Counted from the first letter of the stretch, positions 20,471 to 31,122 are shown. The stretch is 64,000 bases of DNA from an uncultured Verrucomicrobiae bacterium (GCA_963815455.1 CAWFGO010000003.1:96001-160000), one strand, 5' to 3'. Notes: generated from the letters alone by a model not told the origin. Numbers and translations: made by a program.

Positions 20471-20785
20471 ATGATCAAAACTACGGTTTCAGCAATTGTG
20501 GCGGCGGCGATGTTCATCGGCTCGTCCGCATTCGCAGGTGACAAGGCGTGCTGCGCAAAGGGCGCTCATAATGACAAGGTGGCATGCGCGAACTTCGCCA
20601 GCCTCAATCTCACGGCCGACCAGAAGTCGAAGCTCGAAGCATGGCAATCGGATTGCATGAAGGCCGGTTGCACCAAGGAGAGCCGCGCTCAATTCTTGAA
20701 GCAGGCCCAGGGAATTCTTTCAGCCGATCAGTACGCAAAGCTAAAGGCGGAGTGCAGCAAGTCGGGGAAGAAAACCGAAGCGTAG
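20471..20785 (+). CDS. Small secreted Cys-containing protein
   Basis: Signal peptide ending SAFA; LNLTADQ and ILSADQ (LTxxQ-like) repeats; six Cys. Confidence 0.75.
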   Translation: MIKTTVSAIVAAAMFIGSSAFAGDKACCAKGAHNDKVACANFASLNLTADQKSKLEAWQSDCMKAGCTKESRAQFLKQAQGILSADQYAKLKAECSKSGKKTEA

Positions 20786-20827
20786 TCGTCACTCGTCATC
20801 ATCGCTGGCGCAGCGGCTTGGCATTCT

Positions 20828-20932
20828 TGTCATGTCGAGCGAAGTCGAGACATTTCTCATTCCTCGCTTCGACCACAAGGATCTTAGTCCCAGCGAAAAG
20901 TAAGAGGTTCCTCGACTTCGCTCGGAATGACA
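20828..20932. repeat. Inverted pair of TGTCA..CGAGCGAAGTCGAG-type palindromic repeats
   Basis: TGTCATGTCGAGCGAAGTCGAGACAT ... AGGTTCCTCGACTTCGCTCGGAATGACA; a related copy lies at 55931-55959. Confidence 0.8.
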
Positions 20933-20965
20933 GGATGGGAGCGTTGGCTCAGAAAAAAGCCGGTG

Positions 20966-22087
20966 TTAATCAGACAGCGCCTTCTCGAGCAGATCGGCCA
21001 GGCGCCAACCGGCTTTGTGCAGTTCTTCGCGAACGACGTTGGTTGCCCAGGCGCGGTATGTGGTTTTGCCGGACACCGCTTTCTCCACGACTTCACCCGA
21101 GGCTACTACGCGATCGTTGTCCGACAATGGCTTCACGTCCTTGAACTCGAGTCGCTCGTGCGCTTCGCGGGCGATCGGTAGAATCTCGTTGGCCCAAGCC
21201 TCGGCATATTTCCCGATGTCGATCCTGGCCGGCAATCGCCAGTTCTTCGGCTCGCTCGTGGCCATTTGGTGAACGAGCTTTCGCTTCAAGGGCTCGATCT
21301 TTTCCTGGAGTTCCTTTTTCGGCAACTTCTCCGGTATGTTTGGAAAAAGCGCGTTCACGGTATCGTTGTCCCAAAAGCCGTGAAATTTTTTCTTATGCTG
21401 GCCCCGCGTGCGCGGAGGATCATCGCTTAGCTCGATCGTAAATGTATTCCCGCCTTCGTCTTCCAATGCCGACTTGTCTTTTTCGGGATCGACGAGCTGA
21501 CCTTGCGCATCGAAATAGGCGGCGCCGACATGCAACGGCTGGTGAATATCGCCGACATAATGCGCGAGTAGAATGATGGCGATCGGCTTGGTGATCTTGC
21601 GTTCGTTGTCTTCCGGCACACGTCCCCGCAGCACATCCACGCAATACGGAATCATCTGCACCACGTCCCATTTAATCCGTCCCGCTTTGCCATCGCCATA
21701 GTTTTGCGGAGGCATGATTGGCACATCGGTGTAATGAAACCAATGATGCGACGGCGCCGCTGACTTGGAATCGTGTGTTGGCTGGTTGGCTTTCCAAAAC
21801 TCGCGCAATTGCTTGTCGATCTCAGGCCAGGCCGAATAATGGAATGCCTTCGGATCGTCCGGGCCATTTTTGTCCCAGCTCTTGATCAAGTCGGCCATGA
21901 CGGACGCTCTTTCCAAAGAGAGACTGCCGAGAAGCTCTTTCACCTTGCGGCCAGTCTCGGTGCCTGCCAGGCGTTCGTCGGCAATCGCCCCGACAATTTC
22001 ATGTCCGAGTGGGGCGTAGGCCTGGGCCGGTGTGGCAAACCGGACGGCAAAAATTGCCAGCAACGCGAAGTAGAAGCGCCTTCTCAT
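20966..22087 (-). CDS. S1/P1 nuclease family protein, secreted
   Basis: GHEIV, WFHYTD, HYVGDIHQPLH, GGN and HGFWD motifs. Confidence 0.92.
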   Translation of the reverse strand: MRRRFYFALLAIFAVRFATPAQAYAPLGHEIVGAIADERLAGTETGRKVKELLGSLSLERASVMADLIKSWDKNGPDDPKAFHYSAWPEIDKQLREFWKANQPTHDSKSAAPSHHWFHYTDVPIMPPQNYGDGKAGRIKWDVVQMIPYCVDVLRGRVPEDNERKITKPIAIILLAHYVGDIHQPLHVGAAYFDAQGQLVDPEKDKSALEDEGGNTFTIELSDDPPRTRGQHKKKFHGFWDNDTVNALFPNIPEKLPKKELQEKIEPLKRKLVHQMATSEPKNWRLPARIDIGKYAEAWANEILPIAREAHERLEFKDVKPLSDNDRVVASGEVVEKAVSGKTTYRAWATNVVREELHKAGWRLADLLEKALSD

Positions 22088-22169
22088 TTTGGAATCGGCG
22101 ACAATACGATTGAATCCGAGGTTGCCTAGAAAAATTCAAAAGAGCGTTCTGCGCTCGAATTTCCGCTCT

Positions 22170-22826
22170 TCACTCGACGATTCGAACGAGCGAATACGCG
22201 TATTCAAACGTGGTGCTGCGCGGTCGGGCCATGAGTGGTCCCGGCCCGAGTGGTTCATCTTCGCCGTAATAAAGATCGATCTGCCATCGCCGCAGGACGG
22301 CGCCGGTATCCGCAAGCTTCCAGCGAGTGCTACCGAAGGCCTTCTTCACAATGGGCGACGTCGTTTCAATAATCTGGCCAATGCGCAAAGCGCCTTGTCC
22401 CGACCTGGCGGCGGCGGAAAAACGCGGAGCCAGATTGACGCCGCCGCCGGCAGGGTGGGACGCGAACCGGTAGAAGTTCGCGCCGTCGTGACGGATGTAG
22501 TTCCGACCATCGACAGATGTAATCAGACGACCAAAGCCTTCCATCTTCACCGCGCGCAAAAAATCGCGCGGATACTTTCGCCCGTGCAACCCCGGTTGTG
22601 TGACCGGCGTGGCATCAAATCCTCGGGCGAACGTGAACCCGGATTCCACTGGCGTGTAGTAAAGCGTGCAGACCACGACGTATTCGCCGTGGTGGCCCTG
22701 GGGACGTCGCGCCAGTTTTTCGTTTTCCGACGCGACCCGCCGCACGACCTCCGGCCACGGAATTTCCGCGCGAAGCGCGGTTAACATCGACAACATGAAC
22801 GCGAAGATCAGCAGTCGGGTGAGCAT
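22170..22826 (-). CDS. Exported protein with a 3D-domain-like C-terminus
   Basis: Signal peptide; TLYYT ... ADTG ... IDLYYG. Confidence 0.6.
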   Translation of the reverse strand: MLTRLLIFAFMLSMLTALRAEIPWPEVVRRVASENEKLARRPQGHHGEYVVVCTLYYTPVESGFTFARGFDATPVTQPGLHGRKYPRDFLRAVKMEGFGRLITSVDGRNYIRHDGANFYRFASHPAGGGVNLAPRFSAAARSGQGALRIGQIIETTSPIVKKAFGSTRWKLADTGAVLRRWQIDLYYGEDEPLGPGPLMARPRSTTFEYAYSLVRIVE

Positions 22827-22905
22827 TGGATTAATGACTGCGGCATAGCATCGGCAAAGATCACGCGCGACAAAGACATAATCCCGTTGATAATTTCCCT
22901 CTACT

Positions 22906-25767
22906 ATGAATCCGCCTTTTTTCCGTATTTCGCGACCGGGGTTGCTCATGCTGGGCGCGCTGCTCACGACCGCACTGTTTGCTCAGGAAACGCCGTCGCA
23001 TCGCCCGGCGGCAAAGACGTCTCCGAGCATCATGCCGCGTTCGGAATCGGGAGCGCCACCAAAGTCTTTGCCCACGAGTCCGAAACCGCAGCTTACTTCC
23101 GCCCCGGCTACATCGCCCGCATCAGGCGCGCCTGTGCTGAATGATGTGCTTTTCAAAAGTTTGAAGCCGCGTTCGATTGGACCGGCTGTCATGGGCGGGC
23201 GCGTGTCTGACATTGCGCTCGATCCTCATAACCCGTTTGTTTTTTACGTTGGCCTCGCCCATGGCGGTGTTTTTAAAACGGGAAATAACGGTGTGTCCTT
23301 CGATCCGATTTTCGACAAAGAGCCAGTTCTGTCGATCGGGGCCGTTGCCGTCGCTCCTTCCGATTCGGAAGTTATCTGGGTTGGTTCCGGCGAAGCGAAC
23401 GATCGAAACACGTCCGGCTGGGGCAATGGCGTTTACCGTACCACCGATGGCGGCGACAATTGGCAAAATGTCGGACTGAAGGAGAGCCGGGCCATTGGAC
23501 GGATCCGGGTGCATCCGACAAAACCGGAAGTGGCTTACGTCGCGGCCAGCGGCCCTCTCTGGACCGACGGAGACGAGCGCGGTCTTTTCAAAACGACTGA
23601 TGGCGGGAAAACGTGGAAGAAAATTCTGCAGGCCGCGGCGCCGCATGACGCCAGGACCGGGTGTGTCGATGTCATTCTCGATCCGTCAAATCCGGAAGTC
23701 GTTTACGCCGCGCTTTACGCCCGGCAGCGAACACCCTGGAGTTTTTCTTCCGGCCCCGAGGCGACCGGCGGCGTCGATGTTGGGGGGATTTTCAAGACCA
23801 CGAATGGCGGCGGTTCGTGGAAGAAACTCGCAGGCGGACTCCCGACTCAGACCGGCCGCATTGGATTGTCGATCTCCGAGAAGAATCCGAAGATCGTGAT
23901 GGCAATTGTGGAAAGCTCCGAGGGTGGCGCCAGCGACATAAACAGTTTTCGCAGTCGATCCGGTGGCGTTTTTCGATCCGAAGATGGCGGCGAAAAATGG
24001 ACCCGGGTCAGCGCGATCGACCCGCGCCCGTTTTATTTCAGCCAAATCCGGATCGATCCGTCGAACGATCAGCGGATCTATCTGTTGAGCTATGCGCTAC
24101 TGGTTTCCGATGATGGCGGTCGCAATTTTCGCGAAGATTTATTTGAAAAAGTGCACTCGGATTGTCACGCCCTAGTCATTCAGCCCGGCACGGCGCCTCC
24201 CGCGAAACCGGTCAAACTGGAAGACAAAGCCAAACCGCCGGCGACGCCGGTCTGTCAGCGTCTGTTGCTCGGTACCGATGGCGGGGTTTATCAAAGTTTC
24301 GCCGCGGGTAAAGGCTGGGATCATCTCAACAAAATTCCGGCCGGCGAATTCTACCGGATTACACTCGACGATTCGAAGCCGGATTACCGCGTGGCGGGTG
24401 GGTTACAGGATAACGAAAACTGGGTTGGACCGAGCGGCGTCCCGAGCAAGGAAGCCATCCGCAATTGCGATTGGACCGCCCTGGCCGGCGGCGACGGGTT
24501 CTATGTCGTGTTCGATCCGGCTGATCCCGACGTCTTCTACGCGGAAAGCCAGGAGGGATTTGTGCATCGGATTAATTTGCGCAATGGCGAACTGCGCGAG
24601 CTCCGCCCTGAACCGCCCGAAGGTCAACCCAGGTACCGCTTTCATTGGAACTCGCCCCTGATCGGTAGCCGGCACAAACCGGGTGTTCTCTATCTCGCGG
24701 GCAATCACGTTTTTCGGTTAACCGACCGGGCGGAGAAGTTCGCCGTGATCAGTCCCGATCTCACCCATAACGACCCGGCCAAGACGACAACGACCGGAAG
24801 CGGCGCGGAAAATTACGGCGTTGTTTATTCATTGGCCGAGTCTCCCAAGCGCGCTGGTTTACTGTGGGCCGGGACGGATGACGGCCGTCTCTGGATCACT
24901 GAGAACGACGGCGGCAACTGGACGGAGCTGACCAACAATCTGCCCGAGCCGGCGCGCGGACAATGGATTGTGCGAATTGAGCCAAGCTCGCATGATCCGA
25001 GCACCGCTTACGTGGTGACCAATGCTTATCGCGCAGGCGATGATCGGCCCATGGTCCTGCGCACAACCGATCTCGGCAAGACCTGGCAAAGCGTGGTGAG
25101 CGATCTTCCAGCCAACGCGCCGCTCGAAGTCGTGCGCGAAGATCCGGTTAGCCCGAAGCTGCTTTACGCCGGGACGCATTTCGGTCTGTTCGGATCGTTC
25201 GATCAAGGCGCGCACTGGGTCCGCATTGTCGATTTTCCAGCGGTGCGCGTGGACGATGTGCAAATTCATCCGCGCACGTCCGACCTGGTCGTTGGCACAC
25301 ACGGCCGCAGCATTGTCATTTTCGACGACACCGTTCCGTTTCGCGAGTTCACCCCGGAGATCGCGGCCAAGCCTGCGCACTTGTTCAGTGTGCGTTCCGT
25401 CACCGGCAGATATCTGAAGCCGGGCTATGTCGATTCCAACGGCAAAGGCATTTATCGCGGTGAAAATCCGCCGCCGGGCGCGATCCTAACCGTCTGGGTA
25501 AAGGAATTTACCGGCGACGAAATCAAGATCAGCGTGACAAAGGCCGACGGCCAACCGGTAGCCGAATTAAAATCGCCGGGTGCGCCGGGTTTTACTCGAT
25601 TAAACTGGGACCTGCGGCCGACCAAGGATTTTAGCATCGAATACGGCGGCGACGATCCCAAGCGGCTCTTGCCTGCCGGCGATTACAACGCCGAACTGAC
25701 GTTCGGCACATTGAAAGTGAAACAAAGTTTCCACGTCGATCTTGCCGAAGGAATCACCCCGCGCTGA
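22906..25767 (+). CDS. Secreted BNR/VPS10 beta-propeller protein (glycosyl hydrolase-like)
   Basis: RSIGPAVMGGR; many Asp-box repeats (T/S)xDGGx(T/N)W. Confidence 0.9.
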   Translation: MNPPFFRISRPGLLMLGALLTTALFAQETPSHRPAAKTSPSIMPRSESGAPPKSLPTSPKPQLTSAPATSPASGAPVLNDVLFKSLKPRSIGPAVMGGRVSDIALDPHNPFVFYVGLAHGGVFKTGNNGVSFDPIFDKEPVLSIGAVAVAPSDSEVIWVGSGEANDRNTSGWGNGVYRTTDGGDNWQNVGLKESRAIGRIRVHPTKPEVAYVAASGPLWTDGDERGLFKTTDGGKTWKKILQAAAPHDARTGCVDVILDPSNPEVVYAALYARQRTPWSFSSGPEATGGVDVGGIFKTTNGGGSWKKLAGGLPTQTGRIGLSISEKNPKIVMAIVESSEGGASDINSFRSRSGGVFRSEDGGEKWTRVSAIDPRPFYFSQIRIDPSNDQRIYLLSYALLVSDDGGRNFREDLFEKVHSDCHALVIQPGTAPPAKPVKLEDKAKPPATPVCQRLLLGTDGGVYQSFAAGKGWDHLNKIPAGEFYRITLDDSKPDYRVAGGLQDNENWVGPSGVPSKEAIRNCDWTALAGGDGFYVVFDPADPDVFYAESQEGFVHRINLRNGELRELRPEPPEGQPRYRFHWNSPLIGSRHKPGVLYLAGNHVFRLTDRAEKFAVISPDLTHNDPAKTTTTGSGAENYGVVYSLAESPKRAGLLWAGTDDGRLWITENDGGNWTELTNNLPEPARGQWIVRIEPSSHDPSTAYVVTNAYRAGDDRPMVLRTTDLGKTWQSVVSDLPANAPLEVVREDPVSPKLLYAGTHFGLFGSFDQGAHWVRIVDFPAVRVDDVQIHPRTSDLVVGTHGRSIVIFDDTVPFREFTPEIAAKPAHLFSVRSVTGRYLKPGYVDSNGKGIYRGENPPPGAILTVWVKEFTGDEIKISVTKADGQPVAELKSPGAPGFTRLNWDLRPTKDFSIEYGGDDPKRLLPAGDYNAELTFGTLKVKQSFHVDLAEGITPR

Positions 25768-25795
25768 AGATAACAAATTCCCACGTGAAGAACCG

Positions 25796-26017
25796 TCATC
25801 GAAAGAGTTTCATGGCGAAATCGGGAAAATAAATGAGCAAGAGAAGGAAGGCTGCCGGCAATCCGATGAAGATGAGAAACAGAATCAGGCCAATTATACG
25901 CCGCTGCCGATCGATCCGGGTGTCGCTTCGGTCTATAGCCGATTCGCCCGATATTCGCGCGCGGATGTAATTCGACACCATTTCGACGATGTGCTGTGGT
26001 GATCCGAGGTAGCCCAT
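25796..26017 (-). CDS. Small hypothetical membrane protein
   Basis: Short ORF with one strong hydrophobic segment. Confidence 0.4.
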   Translation of the reverse strand: MGYLGSPQHIVEMVSNYIRARISGESAIDRSDTRIDRQRRIIGLILFLIFIGLPAAFLLLLIYFPDFAMKLFR

Positions 26018-26029
26018 CGTTGCCGGGAT

Positions 26030-26350
26030 TTACGTTATGGAAGGAGAGAGAGTCAGGCGATCGCTCTCCACGGCGAGTCTTGGACTGGCGAGACTGCGCT
26101 TTGCTTTCACTTTACCTTTTGGCCTTCGATTACGTCGGCAAGCGTGCGACGTATGTTCAATTTTGATAGTCAGGTTTGGCTTGATACCGGCTAGCGCAGG
26201 CAAGACGTGATTCAGGATCTGCTCGGCCGTCATTCGGAACGTTCGGCCACGGGCGCTGATCTTTACCCAACCGGTCTTGTCACGGTAATAGCGCTCAGTG
26301 AAGTTCTTGGTGCCAATCAAGATGACATAGCTGTCATTGGTGAGTTTCAT
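26030..26350 (-). CDS. Hypothetical protein
   Basis: ATG at 26350 (MKLTNDSYVILIGTKNFTERYY...), co-oriented after the ABC genes. Confidence 0.6.
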   Translation of the reverse strand: MKLTNDSYVILIGTKNFTERYYRDKTGWVKISARGRTFRMTAEQILNHVLPALAGIKPNLTIKIEHTSHACRRNRRPKGKVKAKRSLASPRLAVESDRLTLSPSIT

Positions 26351-26376
26351 ACGAATCGAATCATCAAAAACGGGCG

Positions 26377-28581
26377 TTATTTTTGCTCGAAGAGTTGCGG
26401 GCGATTGACGCGTTCGCCTTTGAAGAAGACGGTCGAGATTGTGGAGAGGGCGTGAACGTCCTGGAGCGGGTTTCCATCGACAATCAGCAGCGACGCTTCC
26501 TTGCCTTTCTCGATGGTGCCGATGCGGTTGTCGGCGCGGAGGAGTTTGGCGGCGTTGTTTGTCGCGGCTTGCAGTGCGACCTCGACCGGTATCCCGGCGG
26601 CAACCCAAAGCTCGATCTCACGTTGGACGGTCGGGCCGTGCATGACGAGGAAGTTGCCCGCATCGGAGCCGGTCACGAGCATCACGCCGGCGTGCCAGGC
26701 TTTGACCAGGTTGTTCCCGCCGATTTGCATCGACATCGGATAACGGCTGATGCCTTCACGCATTTTTTTGAATGGATCGTGGTCGCTGGTCGCGGCCTTT
26801 TCCGTTCCGGCGATCAAGTCTTTTGGCGTGACTTGTTGAACGAGCGATCGTTTGAGCGATGAGGTGTCGCCTTTGGCAAAGTTGGTAAAACCTTCAACCA
26901 CGCTCAACGTCGGATCGAACGTGATATTTTTCGTTTTCATCTCGGTGAACACTTCATCGGGAATTTCGTCGAGGAACGAGCCGTGTTCGACCGAGTCGGC
27001 GCCGAGCGCGACGGCATCGATGACGTCCCTGCCGTTCCCGGTATGAATGGCAACGGGAAGATGTTTCGCGTGCGCTTCATCGACGACGGCGCGCAGGAGA
27101 TTCAGGTCCATCCGATTAAACGTGTAACCGGGCACGCCCGCTTCCAGCACGCCTTTGATCGCATCGACATGTTGCGCGGCGAGGTCGTCCACTTCTTTGC
27201 GCGCTTCCTCGGCGGTCTTCGGGAGCCGGACAAACTGGGCATTGAACGAAGCGCGCATCGCTTCGGGCATGTATTTCGCATACTCGGTGCCGTGTCCGCC
27301 CCCGGCGGTGAAGAGGGGACCACAGAAAAATAATTCCGTCCCGAGTTTTTCGCCCGTCCCAAATGTCTTGCGCAATTCCAACATGGAATCGAGTCGATCG
27401 CCGACGCTGCGCACGGCGGTCACCCCGCAATACAAATAGGCTTCCAGCTCGTGTTCTGCGGACTTGTTTGGATCGAACTTTGTGGGATCCTCGGGGAATC
27501 CGCCACTCGCGCCCAAATGGACGTGCATGTCGATCAAGCCGGGCAGCACCGTTTTCCCGGCCGCATCGATCGCATCGGCGTTAAGGGACTTGGCCTCCGG
27601 GAAACTTCCTTCATAGACGTTCTCGATCTTGCCCCGCCGGATCAGCACCGCGCCGGATTCGATGACCTTTCCGTTCCCGACAAAGATGCGCGCGTTTTGG
27701 ATCAGCCAGGTCTGGTTGCGATTGAGATCGCGGTGAAGAACTTTTGCCTTGGTCAACTCCTGGCGGCTCCAGGCTTGATAGCCACCGAGGAAAAAGAACG
27801 GCAGAAGAACGACAAGGACCCACAGTTTGGCCGACGGCCGTAATTTCTCTTCCTTTTCCCACCGGAACAATTTCGTGGCGATAAATGTGCCAACCACCAC
27901 CGTGATCAGAAGCGCAAAAACAGATTTCAGATTTTGAAAGATCGATTCGCCGTGCTGGAGGATTCCGGACATGCCGGTCACGAGATAGCTCGCGGGGATG
28001 AATTGGGTGACGATCTGCAACCAATTGGGCATGATCGAGAGCGGAAACGTTGCGCCGCTGAGCAGCAGCATCGGCATATAAACGATTTGGATCAGGACGT
28101 TTGCTTCCTGCGAAGAGTTCACGACCGCTGCGATAATCAAGCCGAGCGCCCGAAAAGCGGCCGCGCCGAAGCAAACGAACACGAAAAGTGAAAACAGATT
28201 TGTCGGCACCGGCATGCCGTACATTTTGTGCGCTAGAAAAAGCATCAGCGCGACAGTGGGCAGATAGAGAATCACGCCCAGCGCAATCGAAGCGAACAAC
28301 AGCGGCACCGGCGTGATCGGGGTCACTTTGTACCGGCGCAAAATGTTTTCCTCGCGTTCCTGGACGGCGCGCATCCCCGCGCCGAAGAATCCGCTGCCGA
28401 GAATCCCGATCGTCGTCACCATCGTCACCACGAGCACAGCGGTCCCGCTTTGTTTCGCGCCGAACGCGTAGGCGAAAATAAAGAAGAACATCATCGGGAA
28501 GAGATAATTGAAGAACAGCACGGCGCGGTTCCGCATCGCGAGCTTGAGGTCGATCTTGAGAAACGCGAGAAAGGCTTTCAT
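26377..28581 (-). CDS. ABC-2 permease fused to a metal-dependent amidohydrolase
   Basis: N-terminal ABC-2 transmembrane region (EREENILRRY..TP, LSGATFP); C-terminal PGLIDMHVH, IHTG, EHGS and GSDAG motifs. Confidence 0.88.
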   Translation of the reverse strand: MKAFLAFLKIDLKLAMRNRAVLFFNYLFPMMFFFIFAYAFGAKQSGTAVLVVTMVTTIGILGSGFFGAGMRAVQEREENILRRYKVTPITPVPLLFASIALGVILYLPTVALMLFLAHKMYGMPVPTNLFSLFVFVCFGAAAFRALGLIIAAVVNSSQEANVLIQIVYMPMLLLSGATFPLSIMPNWLQIVTQFIPASYLVTGMSGILQHGESIFQNLKSVFALLITVVVGTFIATKLFRWEKEEKLRPSAKLWVLVVLLPFFFLGGYQAWSRQELTKAKVLHRDLNRNQTWLIQNARIFVGNGKVIESGAVLIRRGKIENVYEGSFPEAKSLNADAIDAAGKTVLPGLIDMHVHLGASGGFPEDPTKFDPNKSAEHELEAYLYCGVTAVRSVGDRLDSMLELRKTFGTGEKLGTELFFCGPLFTAGGGHGTEYAKYMPEAMRASFNAQFVRLPKTAEEARKEVDDLAAQHVDAIKGVLEAGVPGYTFNRMDLNLLRAVVDEAHAKHLPVAIHTGNGRDVIDAVALGADSVEHGSFLDEIPDEVFTEMKTKNITFDPTLSVVEGFTNFAKGDTSSLKRSLVQQVTPKDLIAGTEKAATSDHDPFKKMREGISRYPMSMQIGGNNLVKAWHAGVMLVTGSDAGNFLVMHGPTVQREIELWVAAGIPVEVALQAATNNAAKLLRADNRIGTIEKGKEASLLIVDGNPLQDVHALSTISTVFFKGERVNRPQLFEQK

Positions 28582-28582
28582 A

Positions 28583-29512
28583 TCAGTCGCGCAGCTTTTT
28601 GCCGGTCAGCTCGATGAAAACGTCTTCCAGCGTCGGACGCGAAAGATGGACGTCGTCGAGCTCGAAGCCGTTCGTATCGACCCATTTCACCATTTCCACC
28701 AGTGTCCGGGCCGGTCGTTTGGAGTAAACGGTGATCCGATGTCGATCCTCGCTCACGACGCTGCGAATCGACTCGGACCATTGCGGCAACGTCGTGTCTT
28801 TGAGCGGTTGGGTTAAGGTGATCTCGATACTCGATTGGTTCGCGCTTTTCTCCTGCAACTCGCGCGGCGTTCCCAGGGCGATGATCTTGCCCGCATCGAT
28901 AATTGCGACCCGATCGCACAACCGTTCCGCTTCCTCAATGTAATGCGTGGTCAATAGGATGGTTTTTTTTTCCGCGCGCAATTCCTCGATCAGATCGCGA
29001 ATTTCGAGGCGAACTTGCGGATCAAGCCCGGTCGTAGGTTCGTCCAGAAAAAGCATTTGCGGATCGTTGATCAGAGCAAGCGCGAGCGCGAGCCGCTGCT
29101 TTTGTCCGCCCGAAAGCGTTGCGTAACCGGCGTCCTTCTTTTCTTCAAGCTGCAAACGCTTGAGCAACGCGTCGGCGTCCGCTTTGCGCGAGTAGAGCGA
29201 CCCGAAGAAATCGAGCGCTTCGCGCACGGTGATTTTATCGGGGAGATTCGTTGCCTGAAGACACGCGCCGATTCGGTCTTTCAGTTGCTTTTTCTGCCTG
29301 TCCGGATCGAAGTCGAGCACGCGCACATCGCCGGCGGTGCGCGGACGCAGCCCTTCGAGAATTTCAACCGTGGTCGTCTTGCCGGCGCCATTCGGCCCGA
29401 GCAAGCCGAACACTTCGCCGGCCGCGACTTCAAAATCGATTCCCTTTACGGCTTCGAGATTGCCGTAAGATTTTCGTAAGCCGCGAACGTAAATGGCGGA
29501 CGCGGAATTCAT
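28583..29512 (-). CDS. ABC transporter ATP-binding protein
   Basis: GPNGAGKT, LSGGQ and LDEPT; ATG at 29512 overlaps the lnt stop. Confidence 0.95.
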   Translation of the reverse strand: MNSASAIYVRGLRKSYGNLEAVKGIDFEVAAGEVFGLLGPNGAGKTTTVEILEGLRPRTAGDVRVLDFDPDRQKKQLKDRIGACLQATNLPDKITVREALDFFGSLYSRKADADALLKRLQLEEKKDAGYATLSGGQKQRLALALALINDPQMLFLDEPTTGLDPQVRLEIRDLIEELRAEKKTILLTTHYIEEAERLCDRVAIIDAGKIIALGTPRELQEKSANQSSIEITLTQPLKDTTLPQWSESIRSVVSEDRHRITVYSKRPARTLVEMVKWVDTNGFELDDVHLSRPTLEDVFIELTGKKLRD

Positions 29513-31122
29513 TTTTTCGGCCGGAACCATCGAGGAATCATTGCCAGCATCGCGGCCAATGTCACCAAAACGCAGCATTGTGCAAAAAGTTCGCCGTGCC
29601 GGACGTAAAACGTCAGCTCGGCCGCAGTCGGAACGTTTACTTCTCCGCTGAGAACGCCTTCGGTGAACACACTTCCGGTTTCGTCCTGAAGGATTTGGGT
29701 GATGCGCCCGAATTCGTTGATGAAACAGGTTACGCCGGTATTCGCGGCCCGAACCATTGGCCGGCGCGTTTCCACGCAACGAAAGAGAGCGTTGTCGACG
29801 TGCTGACGAGATGCGGCCGAACGCAGGAACCAGCCGTCGTTCGTCACATTGACCAGAAGATTCGCGCCGTTGAGCACGAATTTTCTCGTCAGATCGCCGT
29901 CGGTGTCTTCGAAACAAATCAGTGGCGCGACGCGGACGTTGCCATTGGTCAGATGAAAAACGGTGTAGTCCTTGCCGCGGTCGAAATCGCCCGGTACCCA
30001 GTTTCCGGCGACGGTGGCGAAAAGAGGGAACGAATGCCGGAGCGGAATGTATTCGCCAAACGGCACCAGGTGGACCTTGCGATAAACCTGCATCTCCTGA
30101 GTCGCGCCCGAGATTAGAACGGCTGCGTTGTAATCTTGTCGATCTTCCGCATCGAGCGCGCCGAGCAGCAAATCCGTTTTTGCCGTGGCGGCGACCTGGG
30201 TGGCGAACTGGTGACTCTCCGTGTTCGGATCGCGCACGACACCCGGCATGGAGGCTTCCGGCCAGATCAGCAGATCGGGCGGTAAGCCGGAGTGTAGCGC
30301 GATCTCGCTGAGCCGCTCGAAGCGGGCAAAAATTTCGCGACTGAATTTCGGATCGAATTTCTCGACTTGCGGAACTTCGGCCTGCACTGCTGCGACTCGA
30401 AGGGGCTTTGTCACCGGTCGATTCTGAGCTGCGTAAAGGCCGAACGTGCAGAGCGCGACGAGGCCGGCCAGGGTCAGCGTAACATCGAAATGGGGTCGCA
30501 TTTGGCGAGACCGGGCTTCCAAAAAAAGTCGAACGGGCGCGGCGACCACAATGATGTTCGCGAACGCTACGACGAACGAGAGTCCGGCCACGCCGGTAAA
30601 CTCGGCGATCTGGATGAGCGCCCAGTTGTCGTGAAGAGCGACGCCGAGTCCGTTCCATCCGAATCCCGTGAACAGCCAGCCACGGACCCATTCGTGTGTG
30701 ACCCACGCGCTCGCGGCCAGAAATGCGGCCTGGAGATTTCGATAAGACCCCAAAAAATTCTTCGGAGCGATCAGGCCGACGAACCAGCTCCAAAATGCGA
30801 AATACATTCCCATATAAAGCGAGAGCAGCAGCGGTAACGCATGCAGGAACGCGTTTTCGAACAAAGTGCCGAGCGAGCCGAGCCAACTGAATGCGCCGGT
30901 AAAGAAAACAATCCCGGCAACATAGCCGAGTGATAAATTGCGCAGCCATCGCCGCCTGGAATTTTCTCCGGAAAACCAAATGGCTGCGATGAGTGGGGTG
31001 AGCGCGATCCAGCAAAGCCACGTTTGGTTAAACGGCGCGAAGCAAGCGGTGCAAAGCAACCCGGTCGAAATCGCAGCCAGCCACGGCCAGAACCGCATTA
31101 ATTTTGTCGTGAGATCGCGCAA
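29509..31122 (-). CDS. lnt: Apolipoprotein N-acyltransferase
   Basis: WPE, YRKVHLVPFGEY, ICFE, TNDGWF and RAANTG motifs. Confidence 0.96.
   Translation of the reverse strand: MRDLTTKLMRFWPWLAAISTGLLCTACFAPFNQTWLCWIALTPLIAAIWFSGENSRRRWLRNLSLGYVAGIVFFTGAFSWLGSLGTLFENAFLHALPLLLSLYMGMYFAFWSWFVGLIAPKNFLGSYRNLQAAFLAASAWVTHEWVRGWLFTGFGWNGLGVALHDNWALIQIAEFTGVAGLSFVVAFANIIVVAAPVRLFLEARSRQMRPHFDVTLTLAGLVALCTFGLYAAQNRPVTKPLRVAAVQAEVPQVEKFDPKFSREIFARFERLSEIALHSGLPPDLLIWPEASMPGVVRDPNTESHQFATQVAATAKTDLLLGALDAEDRQDYNAAVLISGATQEMQVYRKVHLVPFGEYIPLRHSFPLFATVAGNWVPGDFDRGKDYTVFHLTNGNVRVAPLICFEDTDGDLTRKFVLNGANLLVNVTNDGWFLRSAASRQHVDNALFRCVETRRPMVRAANTGVTCFINEFGRITQILQDETGSVFTEGVLSGEVNVPTAAELTFYVRHGELFAQCCVLVTLAAMLAMIPRWFRPKK

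Noticed and set aside
28583..31021. 812-aa ORF as a long N-terminally extended ABC ATPase
   Set aside because: The upstream part is an alternate frame of lnt; the real start is the ATG at 29512.
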